A stretch of DNA of 60,715 nucleotides, filler included, from Stramenopiles sp. TOSAG23-6 (lineage: Eukaryota): NCBI GenBank assembly GCA_900128565.1. It is 15 parts of 15 records of this genome, joined end to end, with 100 filler letters (N's around TTAATTAATTAA, not from the genome) between each part and the next. Parts side by side here need not be neighbours in the genome. Positions count along the whole stretch, not along the records: positions 12,195 to 16,154 come from LT637311.1; positions 16,255 to 20,214 come from LT637312.1; positions 20,315 to 24,274 come from LT637313.1; positions 24,375 to 28,333 come from LT637314.1; 11 more parts are not named here. One strand, given 5' to 3'. Positions 12,903 through 25,518 of the stretch are shown piece after piece. Position 1 is the stretch's first letter. The number at the start of each line of letters is the position of its first letter. A program made the position numbers and the translations under genes. The notes beneath the pieces were generated by a model. It ran no database searches, was not told the DNA's origin, and saw only the letters and a list, made by a program, of their open reading frames with translations.

Positions 12903-13283
12903 TAATTTGTTTGTTCAAACTGGGTTATGGCCGAATTCTGTGCAGAGTGAGTGTAGTCCTTCCGTTACCCTGATTAGGTAACCGTACACTACGACCACAA
13001 TAAATGTAGGATTTTTCATCTTATATGGAGCAAACCTGTCCGTATTAAATTTTATTTAATATAAAACAAACCTGTTTTTTTTCAGTACGTAGAGCCGGTT
13101 CGTTCGTTATCCGCCCGCCTCTACTCGCCCATGTCGACCTTGGAAATCCAGATCTCCAAGATCGTCAGTGGTGTGTAGTTTTCTAAACTACATTACAATT
13201 AGTTGGACCTTTAGACATTTAGTTGTTATTAGTTCTCTTAAGTGTGGGCATCAACGTGCTGTGGATTTTCATACTGTACTTGA

Positions 13284-15388
13284 TTGATTTTGTCACTTGA
13301 GAAGTCGCGTGGTAACTCAAGTATGGGTCTTTTGGCGGCTTTGGGGACGTTTGGTCTATGTCTTCTATATGTTCTTCTATGGCAAATTTTCCTTTTGACA
13401 ATAGTATTATGTACTCTCAACTTTGCATCTCGTCTCATTGTGTACTTACGACAGTATAATACTAAGTATTATCCCAACGAAAGTTCAACTGACAGTTGGA
13501 ATCTTACAAAGTTCGTGAGCGCTTTTGAAGGAAAGCTTATTAGATTCCTTTGGTTGTTAGCTAGCTTTGTCCCAATGAACCTATTGTTCTTTTTATACCC
13601 TCAAGAGTATCTACAACTTGGCGGTACATCAAAGAAAAATGCGAAATATTTTTTAGTGGAACATCCGAAAGAGACTAAACAGCAGAGTATTGTAGATCAC
13701 GGTGTACGTAAAAGAGTTTCCTCGAAAACATCCATATCTGCTCTAGTTGACGATAATTTAAGCATTGGTAAAAAATCCTCATATGCAAATGCTGATATTC
13801 ATGTAACGAACGTTTCAAAGTTACGCCGTGTGAGAGAATTTCGAAGCCCAAGTTTGTATTCTACTGGTTCTACTGGTCAACTACCAATAGTATCTGCTGA
13901 TACTGAAAATGTACGGCATGATATGAGATATCCCTCAACAAAGAAGAATATGTTTTTTCATAGTTTGGGTGAGGAGCATCGTTGTTGTGATAGAAGGGAT
14001 TGTTGCACTCAAACATGTTTTAAGTCAAAATGTTGCTGCAGTTGGGCAAAGTTTATACTAATTCTTGTATTATCAACTTTTGTTTTAAGTTTTGTATACT
14101 GTGTATACTGTGTGAAATATCCAAGAGGAGTTTCACCGTTCCCTCCCTCATTAGTTCAGTCTATCTCTGGTGAAAATGAAGTATGTCAACAGAGTATACA
14201 TAATAATAATAATAAGTATAGACAACATTCAAAGATACAATTAGATCGAGAGTTAAATCATACATCTTCTGAAGAAAATCCTTTTACAAGAGAGGCTTTT
14301 CGAATACATGTCATTATTTCATCGATTCATCGAATTTCAGATGGACCGTTGAATGCTCTAGCTAAGTCTCTCAAAAATGCAGGAAAAATTAGAAGATTGG
14401 AAGAAACTAGGGCGAAAGCTTTCAATTTGTATCCATTTCCATTACTGATGAATGCAGATATAAAATTTAGTGTGTATAATGCTGAACAAAGTAAAGCTAA
14501 GAGTCATGGACTGAAATTAGAAACTTTTTGTAAAGAAATATTAGAAGATTGCCAAAATTATAAAACACCTGTACATTTGAGTAACGAAGCAATTGAAAGT
14601 AATAATAGTCGTGATAGTTTTGTTGAAACTTCAAGAAAAGCACAACATGTGAAAATTAAATCGAAAACGGATTTGCAAAGAATGTGGAAACAAAAACAAA
14701 AATTTGATACTGCCTATGCGCTGAGGGATACATTGCGACGCAATAAGAAAACAACACATATTTTGTGGCATGAGGATGATACAATTGTTGCAGATCATTT
14801 ATGGAAACGTCTTGGTCCAAGTATTTGCTCATCTAGAATTGTTTGTTTAAGAGCTACGGTGAGTGGTGGTCAGTGTGGTAATGTTGCATATTTGATGCCT
14901 CGAGCATTTGTGTTGCATTTCATTAAAATGCTTGATGTTCATAAGAAATCAGATGTATGTTTTATTTTTTTTCAATTTCGATTTTTTTTCGTACTCAATT
15001 TTGTACCTAACGGGTTTTTTTTTTGAAATATTTTTCCAAAATACATATGACTAGTGATTTTATTCTAATTGCTGCCGCTAGAGAATTTTATAATAATGAG
15101 TTATTGTTATGGGATCCAATAGTTCGCCACGGTGCAGCAAAGAAGTTTTCTTCTCGACCTCATAATACCATCAAACAAATACGTGATGCTAAAAAAGGTG
15201 AGAAACAAGGTTGGTTTGGAGCTCCAGTAGACGGAACAGAAGGTGTTGATGAAACTTTGGGTAATGCATTAGATCGTGAAAAGTATGTTTTAATGAACAC
15301 TGTGAGAAGTGGGTGGTTTTGGTATACTTTCTGGATGCCTGACTTTATAAGGTCAGTGTTTTTCAGAACCCAAATTATCATTTACTAG
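13284..15388 (+). CDS. Membrane-anchored putative glycosyltransferase (GT-A-like), two exons
   Basis: Several TM segments; luminal 'FDTAYALR...HILWHEDD...GNVAYLMPR...DFIL...IVRH'; intron 14955-15046. Start uncertain. Confidence 0.5.
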
Positions 15389-15700
15389 TTATTATTTCAA
15401 TGTAATTTTTTTAGTTATAAATTCTTCTTTAGATAGTTTTTTAAGCTTTTCAATATTAACATTTTTCGTCTGTCAATCTAGGAATATATATCTATAATAT
15501 AAAAGGTACTATATGTAATAAATCCTTGATTTATATAATTAAAGTAGATTGTTACAAATACCAATATATGTGTTGTTTCGTTAAAAAAAATATTATACCA
15601 GAATAACAGACACAAAATAAACCCAAACGGTAGACGTGCAATTTGCAAAGTAGATGAATAATTTTACCAGTGTATTTGAAATCACAGATATTATATATAT

Positions 15701-16154
15701 TCATACACCCAAGTGATCTAAATGTAAATGTATTTTCAAATGCTCATAAGTATAAAATGTAATTGCATTTACCCAGAACCCCCTTGTAGCAACAACAAAT
15801 CCGCCTCTGAAAAAAACCCGCCATCCATTACTCCGTGCCAAAAGACTTTTATAAACAACTCTAATTCTATACAAACATTTTGCAGAGTTCATTGGAGAAG
15901 CCTGGATATTCGTCTTCACAACGTCAATTGGAAGAATACTTAACCACGACATAGAACCAGCAAGGCCCCCTGCTAACATTTCTGGTAGTCCTGGTCTCAT
16001 AGAGGCATTGTTTACTATACTACTATCACTATTATATTCGACTTGTTTTCCCATGTATTTTCTGAAAAGTTTCTTGCATTCTTCATAGATAACAAAATAT
16101 AAGCCTGCAGACGGGACATCACGAAGCAACGTGACATACCATCCTCGGTAAAGG
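15701..16154 (-). CDS. Mitochondrial carrier, C-terminal part of the 12195-12902 gene
   Basis: 'LRDVPSAGLYFVIYE..AGGLAG..LPIDVVKTNIQ..FYTYE'. Confidence 0.92.
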
Positions 16155-16307
16155 NNNNNNNNNNNNNNNNNNNNNNNNNNNNNNNNNNNNNNNNNNNNTT
16201 AATTAATTAANNNNNNNNNNNNNNNNNNNNNNNNNNNNNNNNNNNNNNNNNNNNTACGAAATTTTGTACCTAACGATTTTTTTTTCAAATATTTTTCCAA
16301 AATACAT

Positions 16308-16893
16308 ACGGCTTGCGGAAGCACATGCGCGTTTTATGTGCCGCCACGAAGTTACTGTAGATGATGCTGTAGTGGCTGTACTGCTTGTAGAATCATCTAA
16401 AAACACTCATGATAGTTTAAAAAACTCAACATTACACAATGTATATTTTATTTTTTTTCAATTTCGAATTTATTTTTCGTACGACATTTTGTACCTAACG
16501 AATTTTAGTTTTTTTTTTTTGAAATATTTTTCCAAAATACCTGACTTCCCGGATGATCTTTTAGCAGACACGCAATTTCGTACTACACGAAATATAATAC
16601 TGGATAGATTGAAAGTTCAGTATTCAAAGGATAATAATAGTGTATGTTTTATATGAATTTCTAATTTAAGGTTTTTTTTTTCACACGAAATTTCGTACTT
16701 AACGATTTTTTTTGAAATATTTTTCACAATACGTTCTTCACATGTAAATCAGGAAAATTATTTCCCCCAAAATTACCAGTCTTATCCTCATGATAGTAAT
16801 AGCGATAGTAGATATAGTAGACATCAAGGTAGCATGTTATCTCAAAGTAATAGTGATACTCAACGAAGTTGGGCTTCTTTTCTCGATGATTAA
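16308..16893 (+). CDS. MCM9: MCM9-like helicase, C-terminal exons
   Basis: 'IRLAEAHARFMCRHEVTVDDAVVAVLLVESS...LH.DFP'; introns 16441-16542 and 16642-16734; stop at 16891. Confidence 0.8.
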
Positions 16894-16895
16894 AA

Positions 16896-16986
16896 ATGTA
16901 AAAACAATTTAGGTACCACATTTCGTAGGAAGAAACAATAAGATGTAAAAACAATTTAGGTACCACATTTCGTAGGAAGAAACAAA
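16896..16986. repeat. 47-bp tandem duplication carrying a minus-strand fragment of the intron element
   Basis: atgtaaaaacaatttaggtaccacatttcgtaggaagaaacaa twice, downstream of the DRC7 stop. Confidence 0.75.
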
Positions 16987-17110
16987 AAAATGTAGTTTGT
17001 TTTTTTGAAATTTATGTAAAATGTATAAAGAGAGTAGATGTAAATCATTTTTATAATATATTGTATTGCATAATAACAACCACTAAAAATATATAAATCA
17101 TGTAAATAAA

Positions 17111-19987
17111 CTATGCATGCATATTCGCTAACCGGACATCATCTTTCAATTTCTTAATCAATGCTTCGTATTTGTCCATTGCAGATTCTTCATGCTTCTG
17201 TAAACGTTGCTCCAGGATTTGAATGCGAAACATCATATCCATACAAAACTTCTCATATTCTTCATCTGCTCCTTGGTCTTGATCACGACTTCTTTGGAAC
17301 GCGGCTTGTCGTTTGGCTAATTTAGCATTTTCTTTATCCAATCGGTCCTGTATTATATTTGCCCTTTCAACTAATCTTTCTTTTAAAGCTCGAAGACAAA
17401 GATCGTTTACTTTGAGCGCTTCTTCCTTACTTAGCTCAAGCTTTCCTTCTTCCAAATATGGCGATAAATAGTCAAGGTTTTCGTCCTTGTCTTGTCCAGA
17501 TTCTACGGATGTATTTCCTTTACTAGATTGAGTTTTATCCAAAACTTTGTCAAAAATTGACTTTACAAGTTCAACATTGGCATTTTCTCTTCCACGTACT
17601 GACAATATCTCTCCTAATTCTCGCTTCGATTCACGAATGGCCTGGTAACATTCTTTTTCAGCTTTTAACATAGCTTGAAACTCAGGACTCAATGTCGTTT
17701 CGTTTTCTCCATCACCACCAAATGCTTCTGCACNNNNNGCATTCTCTTTATTGAATGTTCGACTTTTTTGAGTAATCATACCTTTCGCATTAAAGAAAGT
17801 TTCATTAATTTTAGCATCACCTCTTGGCTGTAAATAAAAAATACGCTCATTAATTTGATTCTCAGGTGACACAGAGTTGTCCATTTTTTTGTATTTTTGA
17901 CTCATTTTATTTATAATTAGTTCACTACTGCCTCCACCCCCAGGTAATGTAAAAGTCTGAGGCGACTGTCCTCCATTTTCATCTTTTTTTACCTCAACAA
18001 ATCTTGATAATAATGTATTGTGAAAACTATTTTAAATTCGAAATTCGTTAGGTACAAAATTTTCAATGAAAAAAAATAAATTCGAAATTCCTTGATAATA
18101 ATGTACATCTATCTTCTCGCCAACCAAATATTTCAGTTATTTCTTTGCCAAAAATCTCTTCTATATAATCAAGTCCATCAAAGCGAGCGGCAGAAAAAAA
18201 TTTCAGTTTTGCCCACTGGCCCATTTTTGTTTCAAGTTCACGTAGTTTATTTGGTCTTCCGGGTGAAAATTTTTCATGTTTTCTTGCTTCGAGCGGAAAT
18301 GAAGTTCTTGAATCAAGTTTATCCGAACGATGTTTGAATAACTCGGTTATTTTTATTGGGACAGTCCTGGCAGAATCTTCAAATTCTGTAATGCGGGATA
18401 CAAGCCCTTTAGGGTGTAAATATTCAGCAAAAAGCTCCACTTTAGATTTTCTGTATAGTACTGTGTGGTCACGTACTGTTTTGCCATACTTTTTTGCATA
18501 TGCAGTTTGAGTAATGACAGGTTTGTTACTCCAGGACACTGGACAAGCTAGAAAATTATCTGGTTCTTTCGGTGTATTCGTACCTTCATCTCCACTTCCT
18601 TCATCCATGATTTCCATATCATTTTCATCGCCTTTGACACTTGATGCGTTGGAATTTGATTCAACTTCCAACAAAGCATTTATTTGTGCTTTGATTTCTT
18701 TTGTAGTAAACACGAATTCCCAATGTTGAGAATTGGCAAAATCCCATTCAACATTGAGTACATCAGAAGTATATTTTATTTCATCTGATTTATCCTGATT
18801 ACTTTTCTTTTTTCCCTTCTTCTTTTGTGACTCAGCTTTATTTAAATCAGTCGCTGATGTTGAATCTGGAGTTTGCATATTCACAAAATAATTCGAATCA
18901 TTCCACACAGATTCTATACCATAATATGGACAATTCGTACCACTTACGGGATAGAAACGACCTGTAGTAGGTTCAATAAAAGNNNNNNNNNNNNNNNNNN
19001 NNNNNNNNNNNNNNTTTCGTTTACCTGGACAGAGTACATGTACTGTAAAAAAATATTACAATTTTTTTTTATTAGGTACAAAATTTCAAACGAAAAAAAA
19101 AAATAAATTCGAAAATAAAAAAAATATTGAAAACATACCACCCAACAATGGACACGTCGGTAATCCTTTGAAAGTTTGTCATTTTCAGATGATAGTGTGT
19201 CAGAGTCGTCTTCCATTAAAAGTTCATTAGCTTTTTTCAAAGCTAGTTCGGCTGCAGCTGCTTTACGATCCTGAGCTAACAAAAATTTTGATTTAAAATT
19301 GAAACGAACAGGTAACTTATATGGAGAATTCTCCCCCACAGTGCCTTTAGTTTGGTCATTAGATGATTCTGCTGAAGATTCTCCTTCAGATGTAGTATCT
19401 AAATCAGGTCTCATCATAGACGATTGATTCAATTTGCAAATATCTTCACTGGCATAGCCATACACACAATATGCATCATAACCGGCACCAAGTAGAAACG
19501 AACACAACAAATTCGAAAATTCAAAAGAATCAGCGATTTGCCAATTAACCACTCTACTTGGCGAAGCAATACAATTTGGTGGCTCATTGGCATCTTCTAG
19601 GGGCTCATATTCTAAGAAGCCAGACACAAAGGTAGCGAGTTCCTGTGCATAGTATAACTTCTCCCAACAAAGTAATGTTGGTCGTAATGTAGTACAAACA
19701 AATTTTGGAATGTCACACTCATTAACCGGGTTAAGAAAGAGTTTTCGTCGTAACGGGTAGAGTTCTTTGAAACGTGCTTGAAATTTTTTCACGTGTGCAA
19801 TACAGTTCTTCTCTTTTGCATTGTTAATTCCGTATTTTTTTGGTAGAGCTGTTGCATCCCATTGGCTTCGACCTTTCAACCTAGCAAGTCGCTCTGTTTT
19901 GGTATTGAACACCCCAGTCCCTAGACAATTTTTCTTATCAATCATCACTTCGGGTAATTCCTCATTTAGAACTACTTCAGATGACAT
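17111..19987 (-). CDS. DRC7: Dynein regulatory complex subunit 7 (CCDC135)
   Basis: 'PVNECDIPKFVCTTLRPT', 'LLCSFLLGAGYDAYCVYGYA', 'RVHCWV', 'WNDSNYFVNMQ', 'LVERANIIQDRL', 'MFRIQILEQRL'; introns 19038-19138, 18013-18106. Confidence 0.93.
19038..19138 (-). mobile_element. Introner-like intron GT...AT in DRC7
   Basis: GTG|GTATGT...TACAGTAC-AT|GTA gives HCWVVLCPGKR; the nearby CAG would frameshift. Confidence 0.85.
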
Positions 19988-20400
19988 ATTAGAAGTATCA
20001 CTGGCCTCCTAAACTAAAGGAAGCAATAGATTAGGTGCTCACAAGGCTACTAGATACTGTAGACTACACTCCAAAACAAGTTCCAAAATGTAACGTTTTT
20101 TCATACGCGGTCAAAAAACGAAAAGATTTGCCAAATAAGTCAATAAGATCTGTCATCCTCCAGAAGATATAATTAAAGCTAATCATCCATGACATTGTCT
20201 GCAGAGAACAACATNNNNNNNNNNNNNNNNNNNNNNNNNNNNNNNNNNNNNNNNNNNNTTAATTAATTAANNNNNNNNNNNNNNNNNNNNNNNNNNNNNN
20301 NNNNNNNNNNNNNNAAAAAAAATCTAAAAAAATTGTTAGGTACAAAATTTCGTACGAAAAAAAAAACTAAATTCAATTTCCAAAAAAAAATAAAACATAC

Positions 20401-23311
20401 ATGAACTTTTCATAAATGCAATTTCAAAATAGTTTGAGGACGGATTTTTCGACGCGACAGCTTTGGCTAAGATGGATTGCCGAATTTCAGCATTATTTTT
20501 GGATCTTATATTTACACGAAATATATGTCTATCAGAATAAGCCCAAATAATATCACCATTACATGTAGTACTCGAATGGAATGGTACGTTGCCATATTGA
20601 CTAGAATTCATATAATTATTAGATTTGACCATACATAAGTTACCTTTGCTAATATCACCATTAATATTTTTTTTTGTACCTTTTTTTGTAGCCTTATTTT
20701 GGTCATACACATCAATCCGCCCGGAGCGTAGACATACAAAATATTTCTGAGCTGGGATAAATGATAATACTACACTATCGACTATATTATTTTGTTTCGT
20801 CGAAATTGAATCTTTAGTAACTTTCGTATCAACTTTCGTATCAACTTTCATACCTAACGAATTTTGAAGTACAGCGTCCCCATGGAAAAACATTTTAGAA
20901 TCTACCATAACAACATCTCCAGGGTTTTTCATACCTAATGATAACTTTCCATAGTAAATACCTACGCCTGTCAATACTGCAAATGAATCAATGTTTTTCT
21001 CTGTAGAAGAAAATACTCGAAGTTCAGGAGTGAACCCGGTACCCCACGATTCCATTGGTGTATGAATTTCAGTAAATTCTTCAGAAGACTTTTTTATTTG
21101 ATGTACAGAGCCACTGTCTGCTGTTTTGTAAAGAAAATTAAAATTTGAAATTGGTCAAAAAAAAAGTTGGCTTACATCTAAAAAAAATCTTTTTTGTTTA
21201 GGTACAAAATTTTGTATGAAAAAAAAATAAATTTGAAATTCATGATGAAAACGTACAAGAATAAAACCGAAACATTTGGCTGAAATCGGGCCCACCAATT
21301 GTGTCAGAATGTAAACCAATAAATTGATAAATTCGATTTGACTCTGGGACGAGGGATTTCCCTTTATTTTGTATTGCATTCTTTTCATCTCGATGCGATA
21401 CCATTGCAAGTACTAAATATCGTATATCACTAGGGTTAGGGTTTGTGTTATTCATTTGTGAAAATCGTGTTTCATTTGAATTTGAAAAAGACATATAATA
21501 CAAACCCATTACTAAACCACCATCTATAATTGAATGAACTTTGTCAAGTCTTTGGGCTCCCGTCAAAGAAAAGATATATTGTGAAAAGATTTTTTTTTAT
21601 ACAAAAGAAATTGTTAAGTACGGAATTTTCATAGTAAAAAAAAATTGTGAAAAGATTTTTTTTTATACAAAAGAAATTGGTCAGTACGGAATTTTCATAG
21701 TAAAAAAAATGAAATTTATTATGGAAACGTACACAGCTTCATAAATATCTCCACTACGCATGCCCAAAAGTACCGAATCTGAAATCTGTACATTAGAATT
21801 TATTCTAAAACTATTTTTTTTCTTACATTGTTCCGACCCCCATGAAATGTGAAAAAATATTTTTTTTTTGTAATTGTTTTGTTAGGTACAAAATTTGGTA
21901 CAAAATTTTCATAGTAAAAAAAAATTGAAAACATACATGCGACACTTTCTACTATTTCAGACTGTATTTTTCTTAATTCTTCAAATTCATTGCGATCTCT
22001 ATGCAAATGATACGTTGTACCACTTGACATAGCAATGAGTACATGAATTCCTGTTGGATCGATAAATACTTTATTGACCACATGCTTAGGAGGACTAGGG
22101 TTAGGGTTTTCANNNNNNNNNNNNNNNNNNNNNNNNNNNNNNNNNNNNNNNNNNNNNNNNNNNNNNNNNNNNNNNNNNNNNNNNNNNNNNNNNNNNNNNN
22201 NNNNNNNNNNNNNNNNNNNNNNNNNNNNNNNNNNNNNNNNNNNNNNNNNNNNNNNNNNNNNNNNNNNNNNNNNNNNNNNTTTTTTTTTTTTTTTTTTTTT
22301 TTTTTTTTGGGTCAAAATTTTCTCAAAAAATTAAATTAATTAAATTCGAAATTCATAATAAAAACGCACTTGAGTGATGGGATGACGAACCCCACGACGG
22401 AGAAGAGATTCAAACAATTTTGATGTATTCACTCGCTGTACAGAAAATAAAGCATTCGAGTAGACTTTACTATTGGCTTCAATATGGAGATATTTTGTAG
22501 AGGTATGAGATAAATTGTAAACAAATTTTGTATTCAATTTCTTCTTTTGTGTCTTTTTTTTCCTTTGGAGTGAAAATGTTTTATTCGTATTCACAGAATT
22601 TCTTGTGTCTGCTAGGGCATCCTCATCCTCACCCATAGAGAGTCGTCTACGTCTTTCCTCATTAGTGTTTGTTATATAATTAATTGTGCCAAGAACGCTT
22701 TGACGTTGTGGATAGTCATCTGGTTGTGTCTGAAAAGGGTTAGTAGTTTTTTTTTGAGAGACAATACCTCTATCATTTTTGAAAGTCTTTACTGTAGTGA
22801 ACGGAGTCATCTCATCTGAAACGCTTTGCGATTTTGACAATTCATGATTTTTAGGTCCGGCATATTGAGGATGCATACTTTGTTTAAACGGATTTGAAAC
22901 ATTTGATCGCAATGTATTATGGTTACTAAAGGGATTCAATTCCCCAGAAACCGGTGCATGATTACGTATATCATTTGATTGTAATGCATTGGGATTGCTA
23001 AACGGATTTGTAGCCCTGGTAGTTGGCACATGATTAGGTACACTAGGAAGTGACATGTCCACTGTATTAGTATTAGTATTACTAAGAAAAGGATTACGTC
23101 TATCCATCTTATTACCTCCCTCAACAGTATTCGTTTGATTTGACATAACAGTGTTAATGGTGTGACTAGGTACACTTGGTAAGGACATATCCAATGCAGG
23201 TTTGAAGCCACGCGAAAAGGGATTAGTTGCTTTAGCTACATTTGCATTATTATTTCCCGGAATATTCTTCTTCGCAAAAGGGTTTCCTCGATTTGGTCCT
23301 TCGGATGACAT
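20401..23311 (-). CDS. VPS18: Vacuolar protein sorting 18 (Pep3)-like, N-terminal exons
   Basis: 'VNKVFIDPTGIHVLIAM...IVESVAWG', 'VLLGMRSGDIYEA', 'IYQFIG', 'LTGVGIYYG', 'IWAYSDRHIFRV'; introns 21842-21936, 21574-21732, 21121-21256, donors at 22369 and 20400. Confidence 0.8.
21121..21256 (-). mobile_element. Same-family intron with canonical GT...AG ends
   Basis: TT|GTACGT...TTACAAAAC-AG|; AG occupies the position where most copies have AT; frame FYSSDSGSV. Confidence 0.75.
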
Positions 23312-23938
23312 TGGTATACAATTTGGCAACTCACAATGACGGCATACCTCGGAAAACTATGGGATGTATCATAAAAGCAATTATATGCTTTCTCTGTTTT
23401 AGTCTTTAGATTGTGCTTCTGTAATTATGTTAGAACTCAGGGCTGATAAGTTTACTATTCTATATAATTATAAATTGGTCTAAATGATCAATGATTGAAA
23501 GCTTGACTTGACGACGAGTCGACGACGAGTCAGCGCACGAACACGAATTCTACGACTTTGCGTTTTTTGGGATTTAAAATTTTTTTTGAATCAAATCTGA
23601 AATCTAACGTATATATGATACACTGTATACTACTACAGTACCTTGTGATAATACAGCAACTTCATTCATTGGCTTGTTACGTTTAGGACCGTTTCTTATT
23701 AGTTATATATATATATATACTGTAATTAGTATTGTACAATATACATAATGTTGATTTAAGAAATTCTTCACAGAATTCATTTCCAATTGAGTCTTTTTCC
23801 GTTCTTGTTTTGGGCTTCTAAGGTCCATTCCAAACTGTAGTTATATGCCACATCACGTATATAAACAACTGAAAACCTTAGAAATGATACTACTTTAAAA
23901 ACGCAATATTGTATAGCAAAACTGTTTTTTTAATAAAT

Positions 23939-24274
23939 ATGTTTGATACAGAACTGTCGATATCTGCTCCGTATCGTCGGCGCAATTTCGCCGCAGGAAA
24001 TAAACAAAAACAGGGCCAATCAGCCACTACTACCTCAAACCCAATCAGTAGAATCAGTAGCAGACGAAGCAGCGAGAGACTTCCCAAAGAAGAAAATCAG
24101 AAGATCAGATTCAAAGAAAAATGTTGTTTTTTTTACACAAGAAAACTCCAATATATTTTAAAAGGTATTTTAGTCGTGATAATATTCGTGGAGCTATTAC
24201 TCATCTTTAACGCAATAATTCTCTATGAGCTAAATAATGAAATCCGAATTCTTAGTGAAGGCTTAGATATAAAG
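23939..24274 (+). CDS. Hypothetical single-TM protein, 5' part
   Basis: ORF with hydrophobic 'GILVVIIFVELLLIFNAIILY', truncated by the contig end. Confidence 0.5.
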
Positions 24275-24426
24275 NNNNNNNNNNNNNNNNNNNNNNNNNN
24301 NNNNNNNNNNNNNNNNNNTTAATTAATTAANNNNNNNNNNNNNNNNNNNNNNNNNNNNNNNNNNNNNNNNNNNNTACGAAATTTTGTACCTAACAAATTT
24401 CGAATTTAATTTTTTTTACAATACAT

Positions 24427-24950
24427 GTGCAAGCAGAAGAAGCTAGTATTTTAGCACAAAATCAAAGGAGAGAAAGCAATAATGTTTTACATTACCAGTC
24501 TTCTTTTTGTGATTGTAACCCCAACCCTAACAACAGTGACGATAAAATGTTTTATTTAAATTTGTTGTCGAGTTGTAGTGATAATTCCGAATGTTCACCT
24601 GAAGATTCGATGTATGTTTTTTTTTTTTTTAAATTTGAAATTGAATTTATTTTTTCGTACGAAATTTTGTACCTAACAAATTTTAGTTTTTTTTTTAATA
24701 TTTTTCCACAGTATTTACTCTACAGAAGAAATAATGATGTATTTGAAAACGGTGATTCAAATAGTATAGATTTTAATATTTCTAATTTTCAAAAGAATTT
24801 CGAAAATTCTAAAAATAATACAACAAAACCATTTAAAGAAATTTCAGGATTCTGCCCTAGGTGTAATCGGATGATATTAAATCCATGTTCAGTTGCTAAT
24901 AATGATATTGAAAGTTTAGAAAAGGCTCTTTCAGCTGATGAGGCTATGTA
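24427..24950 (+). CDS. Internal/terminal exons of a hypothetical protein
   Basis: Bounded by family introns (ends 24426; 24612-24716; starts about 24948); 'FCPRCNR'. Confidence 0.45.
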
Positions 24951-25518
24951 TGTACGTTTTCATCATGAATTTATTAATTTATTATTGTTTTGGTATGAAA
25001 TTTTGTACCTAAACAAATTTTTGATTTTTTTTTTTTTTTTGAAATTTTTAATTTTTTTTTTATACGAAATTTTTTTCCTAAAAAATTTTTCTTTTTTTTT
25101 TTTTTTTTTTTTTTTTGACATGTACGTTTTTATTATGATTTTTTTTTTTTCAAAATGATTTATAACTAATGAATTGTAACAAATGTTTTTTCAAAAAAAA
25201 AATATTTTTCACTAAATATGGAGATCCAATTTCTCTCACAGACTTGTTTTGAAAATATTTACAATTAACATCTTTGTCTTTGGTATTTATCAATAAACAA
25301 TAAAATATTATAGATTAAAAATACAGAATCTATTTATAGTCGATTACGAAGAATATGTATATTGATTTTTTTTTTTATTTTTTTACACTCATCCTCCTAT
25401 TTATATCTATGTATTTATAATTATTATTAGATTCCATACTCAAAATATTATGTGCAAATGGAATACTAATAGTATATACAATACAGGTAAGAGAGTATTT
25501 ATAATTCCCATGACATTG

